The position numbers and the translations under genes were made by a program. A DNA stretch of 64,000 bases from Eukaryota sp. TZLM1-RC (Eukaryota > Protista > Metamonada: BaSk clade). Positions 11,589 to 24,059 of the stretch are shown in pieces; position 1 is the first letter of the stretch; every line of letters starts with the position of its first letter. Below the pieces are notes generated by a model that saw only the letters and a list, made by a program, of their open reading frames with translations, was not told where the DNA came from and ran no database searches. The stretch spans positions 3,658,001-3,722,000 of the forward strand of contig JAUPSS010000003.1 in NCBI GenBank assembly GCA_040285825.1. The letters run 5' to 3'.

Positions 11589-12010
11589 TTATTCTCTTAC
11601 AGCATCGTGAACCTTGCTTCTAAAAGTAATAAAATGTTTACAATTTAACAAATGAGTAATTGTAATTTTTCGAGAACATTTACAAATTGAATTACGAGGT
11701 AAATAATCAGGCCAGATAAAGGAACGAAATCTCATATTCAAAGTGTAAGTAGAATCAATCAAGGGAGTGCCATAAACTTGAGGAATTGTTGTTCCTAAGG
11801 CAGAAGAAGTACTATCACACATTTCTTGTAAAAGATTTGCAAAGGCGGACTTCTTTTTCTTGGCCAAGTCTAACATCAAAATCCAAGCTTTTAAAAATCT
11901 TTGACAATCCTTGTTGAAGCTTTTACAGCAAAACTGCAAATTAAAAAAATAAAGAATGCTTTTCCAGTGAAAACCACAACAGAGATTATCAATTATTTCA
12001 TTCCACACAT
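11589..12010 (-). mobile_element. CRE-like non-LTR fragment (CCHC region)
   Basis: MRFRSFIWPD..CKC...HLLNCKHFITFRSKVHDAVR matches the elements at 36.3 kb and 42.6 kb. Confidence 0.85.
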
Positions 12011-12062
12011 TCCATTAATCTTTACGGGTTTCTTTTGTCTTATACCTTTCTCCTGGTAACTT

Positions 12063-13366
12063 ATGTCAGAACTCAACGTTGGTATTTTGGCCCATGAAAT
12101 CTACTTTCCAAACTTATTTGTTTCCCAGACAGACCTGGGTATGTTCATCTGCTTTATTTTCTTACATTAGAACAATACCACAACATTTCTCCAGGTAAAC
12201 TGACAAAGGGCTTGGGTCAACTTGAAATGGGTTTTACTGGAGATAGGGAAGACGTCAACTCTATTTCTCTTTCAGTAGTCTCTAAGCTCTTGTCCACTCA
12301 TTCTATTTCTCCATCCCAAATAGGACGTATCTCTGTTGGAACCGAGTCCACCGTGGACAAGTCAAAGAGTGTAAAGTCGGTCCTCATGAGGCTCTTTAAG
12401 GACAGCAACACTGACATTGAGGGCTGTGATGTTACAAATGCTTGCTATGGAGCTACTCAGGCTCTTTTCGATTCTATTGCTTGGGTGGAATCTTCTTCCT
12501 ATGATGGAAGGTACGCTCTGGTCGTCGCTGCTGACATTGCGGTGTATGAGGAAGGACCAGCCCGACCAACGGGGGGAGCAGGTGCTGTTGCTTTGCTTAT
12601 TGGAAGAAATGCCCCGTTAGTTTTTAGTACTGTCAGAGCTAGTTATTCCTTTGATGCACACGATTTTTACAAACCTATTTTGGGTTCCGAATATCCACTA
12701 GTCAATGGTCAGTCGAGCATCAACAGTTACTTGACCGCTGTTACGGAATGTTATAGCAATTACAAGACCAAATTTTCTCGTTTATATGGAAAAGAGCTCA
12801 ATTACAATTGTTTTAGTCATTTGTTATTTCATGCACCATTTCATAAGATGGTCTTTAAGGCATTCTCACAACTCTATTCAGAAGATTTTGATGACGTGGC
12901 AGGTCAAAATGATGATGGAATTCCTGTACTGTTTGAGCGAAAGGTCGAACCTGGCCAATTGTTGTGCAAACGGGTTGGCAATATGTACTGTGCTTCTCTT
13001 TATGGCTCGTTAATCTCCTTGATGAGTAATGACAATGTGAATTTTTCAAAAGGAGATCAAATTCTCCTGTTTTCTTACGGCTCTGGGCTCTGTTCAACTG
13101 TGTTTTCTCTCTTCGTTGCAGATGATTCTCGTTTGGATCGTTTGAGCTTGAATTTGAATGAACGGTTGAGTCAACGTTTGGCTAAAACTCCTCAAGAATT
13201 TCAAGAACTTTTATCATTTCGGGAAAATCTATTGCAAGAATTAGAAAATTCAAAAGATTTTAAAGGTTTTAAACCGAGCCAATCAATCGATGACGTGTTA
13301 TGTGGAAGTTATTACCTGGATTTCATAGATGAATATAGAATTCGTCATTATTCTTTTAAGGAGTAA
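12063..13366 (+). CDS. HMGCS: Hydroxymethylglutaryl-CoA synthase (exons 12063-12138 and 12171-13366)
   Basis: NVGILAHEIYFP, EDVNS, GTESTVDKSKSVK, NACYGAT, ARPTGGAGA, FHAPF, FSYGSG. Removing a 32-nt GT-AG intron restores DLEQY..GKLTKGLGQ. Confidence 0.96.
12139..12170 (+). other. 32-nt GT-AG spliceosomal intron
   Basis: GTATGT...TCTTACATTAG; removal restores the frame and conserved HMGS sequence. Confidence 0.9.
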
Positions 13367-14098
13367 ATTTTTGTTTTGTGCTTCTTTGCTGTGAATAGGT
13401 ATTAAATCCGTGTCTTTTTATTTGTTTTTTTATTTTTGTTCCAGTTGCATCTGTCAATTCAACATCAGTAAAATATAAATCAATGTTCAAACAATTTCTA
13501 TTCGTCCTTTAAATGTACCGACTTTTCATATGATGACATGTCTTCTAGAAAGTCTTGCACTGATTTCCACGTCATTTAACTTGTACCATACATACAGGTC
13601 ATTTACCATCATAATTGACCTACTGTACGAATATGGATTAGAGCTGATCGTTAGACGTTCTCAGTGAGTTGTATCGAAAAATGTGGTTGAAAGACAAAAT
13701 GAATTATTTAAACTCATACTGTGATTTTTACTTATCATGCATTCCCCTGTAAAATTCACTCCTGTTTTCAACTTTCTCAATGTCTACTCACAGGCTGTAA
13801 GAGACATGTAGCATCATTTGACAAAGACAATCATGATCTTCATCAATGGGCTACATCACTTGAATATACCTACTGCTTTCACAGAACAAAGCCTCGTGAC
13901 AAGATGTATCTAAGTGGATCTACCAAATGCTACTAAGACATTTATAGATCGGTCTCAAAAGTTTTTCAAAGAAATTAAAAAAACTAAAAAACTCAAAATA
14001 AAATATCAGTTTTTCCAAAGTTTCTGTTTTTGTATGCTCAGGTTCCTCATTCATCTCCTCACCAGAGCTTCTGAGCAAATGTATCTTTCCGGCCACAA

Positions 14099-16088
14099 TT
14101 ACGCTTTCTTCTTAATTTGAATATTTTTTGCAGCGGAAATATCTCTGTCATATACTATTTGACACTCAGTACAAATACGCATCTGCCATGAGCCTGCTTG
14201 AATATTCTCGGCCATACAACAACTGGACAGTTTGCTTGTATTAAGTTCACTGGTTGACAAGTGCTTCACGTCCTTTTGATAACACAACCATTTTCTGAAA
14301 GCCCTTGCTGATCCATATCGATTGACTTTTCGGCAATGAAAAGGGAAATTAGCAGAACCCACAGCCAGGTAGAGTTTTTCAGGATGTCCAGTCATCCTTT
14401 GAAATTTGTTGAGACTCTTCCAGAACCGTCTCTCTTTTCGTCTGCGGTTATCAAATTTAATTATTTTCCATTTCTGGCGATTACTTTCCAAGTACACTTT
14501 CCTCCTGACCAAATTCCAATGGTTCAAATATTGGTTGAAATTTTGAACGGAATATTGGTTGGGAAAGGGTTTACTAGGTGAAGGTGTTGTCATGTATCTC
14601 CTGCCAGTTGGACAAGGGATAACTTCACATTGATTATCAGTTATGAAGTAACCACATAATCTTGATTGTCCCAGATCAACGCCGATAAGGGGTCTTTCAG
14701 CAATTATTTGGACTGGATTACTACGTCTTTGACGCGGCATTTTTTAGAACCTTTCAACTGTACTTCTCTGGTTTTATTGGCATCAGGGTCACTTTTCATT
14801 TCTTTTTTGATCTTCTTTTCTTTTTCGGTGGTTCGTCCAGCTCATCTTGTTTTCTGAATCATTATCTTTAACTTTAAATGTCAAAAGCAGCTCATTATCA
14901 TTAGTTTTCAATAAGATTTTTTAAATCTATTTCTCAAACTTTGCTTGTTGGTATTGAATTTTTGATAAAAAGCAAATAATAATAATAATAAGGGCATCGT
15001 TTGAATATTCGTTTCCTATATTGATTTTTAATAAACCTTAATCTTTTCATGATCCTTCAATAAGTGGGAATTTTCTCAACGATTTGCGATTTGCGATTTT
15101 TTAAAAATTTATAAAGGTACCTCAAGAAATTGGTAACCCTTGTGAAAAGCTAATGGTATTATTCTAAATTTCTTCCAGCAATGCAAATGAGAAAAAAAGT
15201 GAGTAAGTATTGTGAAATTTGCAGACTAAAGAGAAAAAGCTCACCAATTTTCTTTGATGAAAAAAATGATTCTATCACTTGAAAAAGCAGTGGCAGAAAA
15301 TCCTTGAAAAAAAATTCAAGATAAAATTACATACATTTTATAAAAAGAATCTTTCTCTTGAATTATTAAAATAGAAATTGATGTAGGGCTCGAGATTAGA
15401 ATGAATAACTACTGCTTCGAGTTGCTCATTTTTTGCTATTTCACCAGCTTCTAGAGGTGCTAAGGTTTCATCTGCTATAAGAGAGAGAAGGTAATTGGCA
15501 AAGACATTCGTTTTATCCAGAGCTGTACAATGAGCACGAATGAAGTATTTTGTCCAGAATTGACAAATTTTAGGTAAACTTGTCTTAACATTAGATACCA
15601 ATTGACGACCCCCGACAAGCAAGGTAAGGAGAAAGTCCTTTTCCATTAATAAAATTGCATCTCTGTGTCTGCAGCCATTCATTGAGGAAAATATCGAATG
15701 AATTTCTATAAGGAACTAGAGAGCTTTCCCATGAAGAAACAAAAGACCTGTCTTGTGGGCATTCAGGAAGAAATCAATTGTAAAAGATATGGAGTAATTG
15801 GCGTTGTCCTTTGGAGGTGGATGGCTTTGGAACAGAACCAGTGGTGATGACGGTCATAAACAGATACCATACATCTTGTTCCACCAAAGCTCTAGATGCC
15901 AACGGAAAATTTAAAAGAAAAGATTGAAGCAATAAAGAAGCTTCACGACAAAACTCGGTGACCAAGAGTTGGTCAGTCCGAATTTGTTGCACCGCTGCAG
16001 GGGTCAGCAGCGAGTTAAGTGCACAAGACGAGTGAATACACGTGACACAGAGTGGGTGTCTGAAATGTAGTGAGAATAAAGGGCTCAT
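14099..16088 (-). pseudogene. Second Fanzor-like locus: N-terminal part (15338-16088, disrupted) and open 213-aa RuvC/ZnF part (14099-14740)
   Basis: IGVDLG (RuvC-I D), AVGSANF, SELNTSK..CC (RuvC-II E), CTEC..DRDISAAKNI (RuvC-III D). The upstream ORFs resemble a Fanzor1 N-terminus (EASLLL..LL...QDVWY). The two parts are separated by AT-rich DNA. Confidence 0.75.
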
Positions 16089-16099
16089 CTATCAAATTT

Positions 16100-16450
16100 T
16101 ACACTTGTCACCCCATTTTCGACTTCTGGTTGCCTGTTTTGGGAGGATTTAACCCTCAATTTGGTTTTGGGAGGTTTTCACTATTTCCACACTTTCCCCT
16201 CATTTCATAAACTAGCTTCTTATTTCCCTCACTTATCTTCTTTTCCGAGCATTAGGACTCCCCTCTAATCTCTCGACCAGTTTTTCTACTCATCTTTGAT
16301 AACTAATGTTTACTAATAGTGTACTGATTAAATCCACACTTTTTACTTGTACAGAACTTTTTATATTACACTTTGATAAGAGAATGGCATTTCTCTAATC
16401 CACAGTACATTCCACAGCTTCCCGTGGTTGTTAAAGTCACAGTGAAGGTT
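16100..16450 (-). mobile_element. Possible remnant of the 5' LTR/gag start of a related Gypsy element
   Basis: ccacagtaca block shared with 5480 and 32169; decayed NPPK-type coding downstream on the minus strand. Confidence 0.3.
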
Positions 16451-17104
16451 GTTTTACATTATTGATTACAGTTGCAAGCAGCCTTCTTTCACAAACATGG
16501 TGGACTTAATCTATTCACACATTAATTTTTCAGTCTCGGGGAACTGTCTGAAAGGGCTGATTTGACACCAAGACTACTAGTTGCTGTCGATACTCTCTTT
16601 TTCGGATTGAATAACACTCTAAATACCATTCTGTTGAATAGTGAATCACTGCAGTCCTTGGAATATTCCTTTCATATAGCCTTGAACTAACAAAACTACC
16701 ACCTTTCTTTAAACACTTCTATGTGGAACTTCTTGGGGTTTTAACTGATCTGAATTGAACTTTGTCAGCAACAATAACAGAGCCCAACTATAAGAATATT
16801 TTATCAAATTGTTAAATTGTTCAAATTTATTCAATTAAAAATATTCTAATATTTTGGAGAACATAAAATTTCTCAAACTAGGCCTACCATCTTTCATTCC
16901 ATCGCAAACTCTTTTCCACTTTCTGTGTTCCTTATTGCGCATTATGCCTCACACCTTTGATTTGCTGATTCAATGATTTTGCATTCAGTTTATTCTTTAT
17001 GTTACAATTGTGATCCAGCAATATATTCACCAACACTTTGTTTTTTAGATGTTTATAATTCTCTAATTGTATTAGATTTATGTGGATGAAGATTTTGTAG
17101 AGTA

Positions 17105-17172
17105 AATCTTGGTTCAATGAATTTCGTCCCATTAGTTATGAGTTTACTTTGTTAAGTTCACAAGTTCAATAA
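17105..17172 (+). mobile_element. ~70 bp extreme 3' tail of CRE-like family A
   Basis: atcttggttcaatgaatttcgtcccattagttatgagttt...ttcaataaa matches the family A terminus. Confidence 0.8.
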
Positions 17173-17809
17173 ATCAAAAACAACAATTTATGTGTCTCAT
17201 ATACCTTTTTCACAAATGATTTTTGCGATAAATACATACAGATGGATTGTTTAATGAACAATCCATAACTCTGTTTCCAAAAACCCCAAAAACGGAATGT
17301 ATTGTGTTAAAGTGAAGTAAATGTTGGAGTTAAATCTTGTGACATATTTAATAAGATAATTGTATTTTGTTAGATAATATCTATTTCTTAAACAACTTAT
17401 AAATCAAAATCTAAATGATCCAACTCTCCCATAACGAAACAAATAGATGCAACTCTCCCATAGTGAGATCCAAAAGAATGCAGAGTATCAGAAACCATCC
17501 TCAAAAATTTCCTTAAAAACAGAAAACACAATTCTATCTTGCCAAAAGAATCTTTTAAAATTTCTGTTGGTTCTTTGCTTTACAAACATTTCAATACCTG
17601 CCACACAACGTACAGCGGTGGGAGCAAAGGAACCAAATAGAGAAAATACAAATGAATACAAATTGCATTTTGCAGATAATTGTATTGGAACTAAACTGAA
17701 AGAAGTGTATTATTTGTGCAAAATTAAGAAGATTAAGTTGGGTTTTTGACAAATCAAAAACCCCTTCATTCTCTGTTGACTTAGAGCCTGTCTAACTTGT
17801 AAATATATT

Positions 17810-18334
17810 ATGGGAAATGCATCTTCAACCCTAACTACTGCTGATGTTGATGAATTATCCGCTGTCTCAGGCTTTTCTCCTAAAGAAATTAAGCTCATGC
17901 ACAAACGCTTTTGTAAGCTCGACAGGTCACAGAAAGGAACCATAACTGCAGAGGACTTTAAACACATTCCAGATTTATCTTCAAATCCCTTTCTTGTCCG
18001 TGTCATAGCCATATTTACAGAGTCTTCCGGTTCTATTGATTTCAAGAAGGTTGTCAGTGCCCTCAGCTGTTTCAGGAGCCGTGAAGTAACAATTGATAAA
18101 CTCTCATATGTATTTAAGGCATGTTTTCTTTTTCTCTTACCCTAGGTCTTGGATTATGATTGTGATAATCTGCTAAGTGAAGACGATCTTTCACGAGGTT
18201 TTGATTCTCTTTCTTTTGGAACTCTAACCACCGAACAGTTAGTGGATATTGCGTCCAATGTAGTTGAAGAGGGACGTCCTGTTAATCCATCGGCTCTGTC
18301 CTTTGAAGAGTTTGTTCGACTTGTTCGAAGGTAA
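17810..18334 (+). CDS. Calcineurin B-like EF-hand protein (exons 17810-18118 and 18146-18334)
   Basis: Myristoylation-type MGNASS, EIKLMHKRFCKLD, NPFLVRVIAIF, KLSYVFK|VLDYDCD after removal of a 27-nt GC-AG intron. EF hands partly degenerate. Confidence 0.85.
18119..18145 (+). other. 27-nt GC-AG intron
   Basis: GCATGT...TCTTACCCTAG contains an in-frame TAG; removal joins the two CNB-like ORFs. Confidence 0.8.
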
Positions 18335-18412
18335 GTTTGCAGTGTACAATTTAAAATAAAATCATACTTTAAGGTATATAAATATCAAAAAAGCAGGTTC
18401 TACACAGATTTA

Positions 18413-18942
18413 TCAACATTCTGCATTTGTTACCTTCTGGAGCATGCTGATGCAAACAATGACTCCATAGAGTGCCAAAGCTTCAGCCATAATAAGCATA
18501 AGGATCATGGAAACGAATAGTCTAGGTTGCTGACCACTTGAGCTGATTCCACTGGCGCCTACATAGCCAATAGTGATACCAGCAGCAAGCGATGACAGGC
18601 CTTGAGTGAGACCTGCTGAAAGGGACACTATTCCATCAAAGAGGGGATATCGACCATCGTTGTTAATGTCACCAATAATCAGAATACTAAGAATTAGTCC
18701 ATAAATTCCAAAGATTCCCGCATAAGGTAAGAATGAGAAGCAGCAAGTCATACCATAACAACTGGGATAAGAAACTTCATGACGGATTCTGGTAAAAGGA
18801 CCCCTGTGCTAGCAACAGCACTACCAGCTTTAGTTGTACCAATGGCAGATCCTACACAAGAAAGTACAAGAGAGGCAGTAGCTCCCATAAAACCAAGAAA
18901 GACTGCAGAAGGAGGACATGTGTTCAAAAGAAGATCGATCAT
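18413..18942 (-). CDS. ATP6V0C: V-type ATPase 16 kDa proteolipid subunit c (165 aa; exons 18942-18754 and 18721-18413)
   Basis: GFMGA, GSAIGTTKAG, IPVVM|AGIFGIYG, QQPRLFVSMIL, AEALALYG (proton-binding Glu). Confidence 0.93.
18722..18753 (-). other. 32-nt intron with apparent GT-AT boundaries
   Basis: GTATGACTTGCTGCTTCTCATTCTTACCTTAT lies between ATG and GCG of the conserved PVVMAG. It contains no AG. Confidence 0.7.
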
Positions 18943-19192
18943 TAGGAAAAAATTAAATCAACTAAAGCTGAGGAACAAAAACGTGTGATTTACAAGAATG
19001 CTCACATTTTCACTTTGAAGTTTCGAAAACGCTCACGTTGTGTGCCACCTTTACTTATATTCCATCAGGCATTCTCCTGACATTGCTATGTTCAGTTGAG
19101 GTTATACAAACGTTAACATCACCTATATGAAGATATCACTTTTGAGCTGATAAAGACCATTTGTCATCACAGTGTTTATTTTTAATACTAGT

Positions 19193-19770
19193 CTATGCTA
19201 CATCGTCATTCAGCAAGTCGAAATGATTTTCCATGTTTGAGTCTGGATGATCATCGTCCACGTCGATGAGTTCTGCGGCATTGTCCTGCTGAAACAAGGA
19301 CAACCAATCATCTTGTGCCACTGCAACTCTTTCGTAGGACTTTTTGTAATACTCTAAACTATGAATTTTAGCTATACCATCAAATAGCACAACATGCTTC
19401 TTTAAATAAACAGCCAAACTGGGAGTACATGGGTATCCATCATTTTTCCACCCATTACAACAATATTTTTTGCTGATAAAGTCTACCGTGTGTGTACTAT
19501 TTTCAAACCACACAACTTTATATACACTGTCATTGCTGGCCATATTTGCAATATATTCTGCATTTGCAGCCTTGTTGGTGTTAGAGATTGTTCTAAAGCA
19601 TGTATGAGAAGAAAAGGCATTCATTTTAAAGTTAGGTTGTGTAACTGTTGCGACCTTACTAGATTTAAAGCGTCTTCCAGGTCCAATCCATGTACTAAGC
19701 AATTCGAAAGTACAAGTGGGATCTTTACACTTCAGGAACCATCCATCTGGTCTAGTGTTGTCGACCATTC
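19193..19770 (-). mobile_element. Mutator/MULE transposase remnant (Zn DNA-binding piece fused to SWIM finger; DDE core missing)
   Basis: FLKCKDPTCTFEL...HTC, then HTVD...CCNGWKNDGYPCTPSLAV (SWIM-like) and HSLEYYKKSY. Confidence 0.7.
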
Positions 19771-19799
19771 ATCGGTGATTTTGGGCAGGTCGGCAGGTA

Positions 19800-22460
19800 T
19801 GGGGATGGTTTAGTCGTTCACACCTCCAGCACCTGAATAGTCTCCTGTGAGTCGAGGTGGTTTTCCGGGGCGTTGCACTAGACAAATAGGTGAGCTCCAG
19901 GGGCCTTCATATAAAACAGCGAACCCGTTGTTAATGAGGACATCCATCTCTTGGTGGGCGACTTTCAATTTATCAGGGGGTAGATATCGAAACTTTTTGG
20001 AAACAGTCTTAGATTCATCATAAAAAGGTATGCGCACTGGAGGACAGTCAATACCTTCAAGGGCGGGCAGCTTCGAAAATACTTCAGAATACTTGAACAG
20101 CATGTTTTTGATGGATTGTTCCAAAGCAGGATTGTTTAATAGGAACGATGTTTTGTCTAAATCAGGGAGGCTGGATAGGGCAAAGACACAGTTGGAGGGA
20201 GGGATGAACTGATCAGGGATTGCTTCGTCTTCCATTAGCTGGATGTTCCGGTTAGAGAGATTCACAAACAGATAGTCATCGGTGAGAATGCCTAGTTTTT
20301 TCAGTAGATCGCATCCTATAATGCAAGAGTTCTAAACAGGGGAGCACGGCAGTGGAGCAGTTTCGTGTTCACAAGCTTGTTCAGCTCATTCCTGGACAGT
20401 GAGATTATGGGCTTATTCCTTCTATTCCTGGACGAAACAATTTGATGCCACGGCCTTAGTCTTGGAGAAGGTCTTGTGGATCCTTCTAGGATAGGATCGC
20501 GTTACTCCACCGTCGGCGTCAGCACAGTCGGCGTACACCAGCCCAGAGTCAGTAACGAGGTCGGGATTAGCTTCCAGCGTCAAAGAATCTATGTTACGGG
20601 AGAAATCCTTTCCTGGCGGTACCACGTCCTTTCCTAGATTGATTGCAGAAACAATCTTTTCGAATTCGACAGCAGAGTCAAATGAAGAGTCGCAGGAGAG
20701 AGGCGGGGCGGGAGAGATAAGGGTGTGATTCTGGTAAGCTCGATGTTCAGGTTCGGAGCAAATAGTATCCAAGTTGTCAAAAAGATCTTGGAATTCTTGA
20801 GCGTCAAACAGAGCAGTACTGCTAGATGTAGAAGAGCAATAGTTATGACGTTTGATTTGGGTTAAAGGATTCAAAACAACATGATACATTTCAGTACCAG
20901 AGCTAGAGGAGGAGGAGGAAGACTGAACACCAGGGGGTTAAGTGCTTTCCACTTGATTGTTCTTCAAAAAGCGGATTGAATGGAGTCAGTGACAAAGTTG
21001 ACCTGAGAATCTTCGGCTTTCTGATGAGCGACTTGATTGACGGAACTTCGGAGATTATGTTTCTTTTGGACGGTGGGATTATTTCCATATCTTTGGGGAG
21101 TTTTGCTGGCACAGCAATTAGGTTTGGGACAATCCTTGACCACATGGCCAGGTTCCTTACAATAGAAACAAGTGACGAGAGAAGGGGACTTCTAGAGAGA
21201 GAAATATTTTCGTTCTGTTTGAGGAGTACGAAAGGACGGTGAGTGCTTGGAAGCGGAACGAGCAGAGTAAGACTTGTTGGAGGCGCGATGAGCTTGAGGA
21301 GTTCGGGGGTTGGGGTGGGGAGGTTGGGATCTTTGAAGAGGAGGAGCAAAATTGTGAACTGTGTAGTAAGCAGAGTATGGGAAATGGTAAGATGAGAGGA
21401 GCTCACGGAGGTGGGAGATTAAGCTGGAGAAGCTATCAATTATTTCAGTGTCTACATCAGTGCGAAGGACGAAACAGAGCTTGTCAGGGCGGATACCGTT
21501 GATGAAAAACTTCATTTTGGCGGATTTGGGGAGAGAGGAGGAACTAAAGCGGACGATCTTGAGAAAATGAAACTTGTATGAGGCAATAGCTTCAGAGGAA
21601 GTAAAAGAGGAGAGCTTCAAGCGTAGGTTCTGGAATTTCTAATAGATTACCGCAGGATCTTCGCTCTGGCAGAATGAAAGTAAATATGAAAGAACGGCAG
21701 AGGGTTTACGCGGGTCAACACCTTCAAGAATTTTGAAGGTTTCCAATACTATCGGCGAGATAGTAAAGAGGACGTGAGTAAGCATGGCTTGGCGGAGTTG
21801 CTCTTCTGAGGAGATTTGTCTTAGCAGGTAAGACTGAAGGTTGGAGCGGGGAAGGCATGATTCTTCATCGTCAGAATTGGTAGAGGGTTACGTGAAACTA
21901 GCAAAGGTTCGGTGATATGAAGACTCAGCTTCATTGCGGGGGACGATAACAGGTTCAGAGGGGCTTCCAAACAGAGTTTTAGACTCCGAGTTGGCGGAAA
22001 GTCTAGATCTCAGCTCAGCAATCTCTTTATTGAGTGACTCTACGTGAGAGTTTTTGGCGAGACTGGAGGAGGACGAGGGGACGCTGGAGCTTGAGGAGGT
22101 CTAAATGTTAGCGAAAGGCGGATATCTTGTCATGTCTATCAAGACATGATTAGACAAACGAGAAGCGTAAATTTTCAGCGCCTCAACATACCGAAAGATG
22201 GATTCTCGACCGGTATGTTCTAAATACGGGGCGTCTGAAGGAACGCGGGCAGAGGCAGAGGCAGGAGTGGATTCTCTCGGGTCCACATTAATTACTGTTG
22301 GCTTTAGTGCACTGTTGTTTATAAGCAAATAAATACGAGAAGTCTATGAACCAGAGTTAAGAAAATCAAAATATAAAATAAACTAAATAAATTTAAACTA
22401 ATGACGTGATGCGTCACGTCATATTTTCCAAAACAGGAAGGTTGAGTTCAGCCTGAGCTA
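19800..22460 (-). mobile_element. Second Ty3/Gypsy element, heavily decayed and truncated in RT
   Basis: Gag fragments with CFYCKEPGHVVKDC (~21130-21172); IGCDLL; RT start GIDCPPVRIPFYDESK...WSSPICLV...PRLTGDYSG, homologous to element 1. Confidence 0.85.
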
Positions 22461-22859
22461 ACATAATAGTGTTTGAACCTCACTGTATTTTTGCTCTCGC
22501 AATAAGACAACAATTCCCTACAAGACAACTATCTTTTGAGAACTTGTGTTTCATTGAAGGCGATAATTGTGAATCCATTAGATACGTTGTGTCAAAATTG
22601 GCTATACCTTTAAGTTGTGCTCCTACTCGATATTTTCTTGAAGTTAAGGCAAGAGTGTTCAGTCTAACAAACAAAAGCAAATCGTTCCAACTAAGATTCA
22701 AATAGCTTTCGTCTATCTACAATAAAGTTTGTCATGTAAACAAAGCCTATTCAGTCGAAATTGAACTTGATTAACCTTCCTATTGAACTTGATTAGAGGT
22801 TTAAGTCTGTTATTACAAATGTATTTTGTCTTAGATTCTCTAAGTTTTAGATTTCACGT

Positions 22860-23690
22860 TTGACTGCACTTGTCAAAAACTCAAAAATGGTCGTTCAATT
22901 GCAATTTCTAAAAGTTTTCACAATATTTTTTTTCAGCTTGCTGTTCAAATAAATTCAATGAAAGAGCAAAAAAATCGTTACTGTTCCGATACGGAATTAA
23001 TACCGCTGATGGAGTTGTTTCAGCAGTATTTGCTACAAATGTTTTATTTCATCAAAATGAAGCCAATGTTTGTATGTTGTTGGATGTTAGCAATGCATTC
23101 AATTCAATCAATCGTTGCAGAATTCATGGTGCTTTGTTGAATTATCTGCCAGAATTGTTACCTTATTTTCAAACAACATATTACACGAATTCTGATTTGC
23201 ATTTTCTGCTTCTATTTTGAAATCATCAAGTGGTGTTAACAAATAGATCCGTTAGGACCTCTTTTCTTTTTTCTGGCAATTGATCCAATTTTATTACAAA
23301 TTCAAGCAATGTTTCCTTCTTTAAAAATGATTGCTTATATGGATGATGTTGTTCTTATAGGTGACTTAACGATTTTCAGAGAAGCAACTTTAGGTTATAA
23401 AAAATTATTTAGCAAAATTGGCCTTCGACTCAACATACTTAAATGTGTTTTACTTTCAAATTCTGCAGTTTCTACAATAGTTGATGGTATTGAAATTCAA
23501 GCCAAGTTATATTCAACTGATGCTATTCGTCATTTGGGTTCGCTTTTAGGAAATGATGATGAAGTTACCAAACAATTGTTTGAAAAGTTGAATTCAATTT
23601 CGGAGAAAATTGACCAAATGATGAAATTGGATGTACAGAGACAAATCAAATTTACCATTATAAGACCTTGTTTCAAATGTTACAATAAAT
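22860..23690 (+). mobile_element. CRE-like RT fragment
   Basis: LDVSNAFNSI, SSGV..DPLGPLFF, AYMDD, GLRLN..KC, HLGS; frameshifted. Confidence 0.85.
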
Positions 23691-24059
23691 AAAATAAATA
23701 AATATCAATATTTTTCAGCTGTCGCTAACATTATATCACGATTAAATAATAGTTGAAGCAGCAACATCACCATACACAGACAGGTACCCACTCATCTACG
23801 AGTTCTCCAAAATTCCTCAAGTCTTTCTATTTTAAAACAAATGAGTATTGGCAGCCGTCATCCCACATTGGAGAATTGTAAATAATTTTGTAAGTCTTTT
23901 AAGAAAGTCTCTTTCCTGGAGATTTGAGAGATTGACGAGAGGGGCTGCCGGCACCATTTGCAAATCAAACTTTGAATAGTCCACAATTGGCCAAGTTTCA
24001 AGAGCCCAACAAATAATATAAAAATACAATTTATTAAACAAATTAAACAAATCATTAAT

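Noticed and set aside
18331-18373. Second intron in the calcineurin B-like gene (AG|GTAAGT)
   Set aside because: No TCTTAC-NN-TAG acceptor nearby, and an extension would run into the convergent V-ATPase gene. Unresolved without RNA data.
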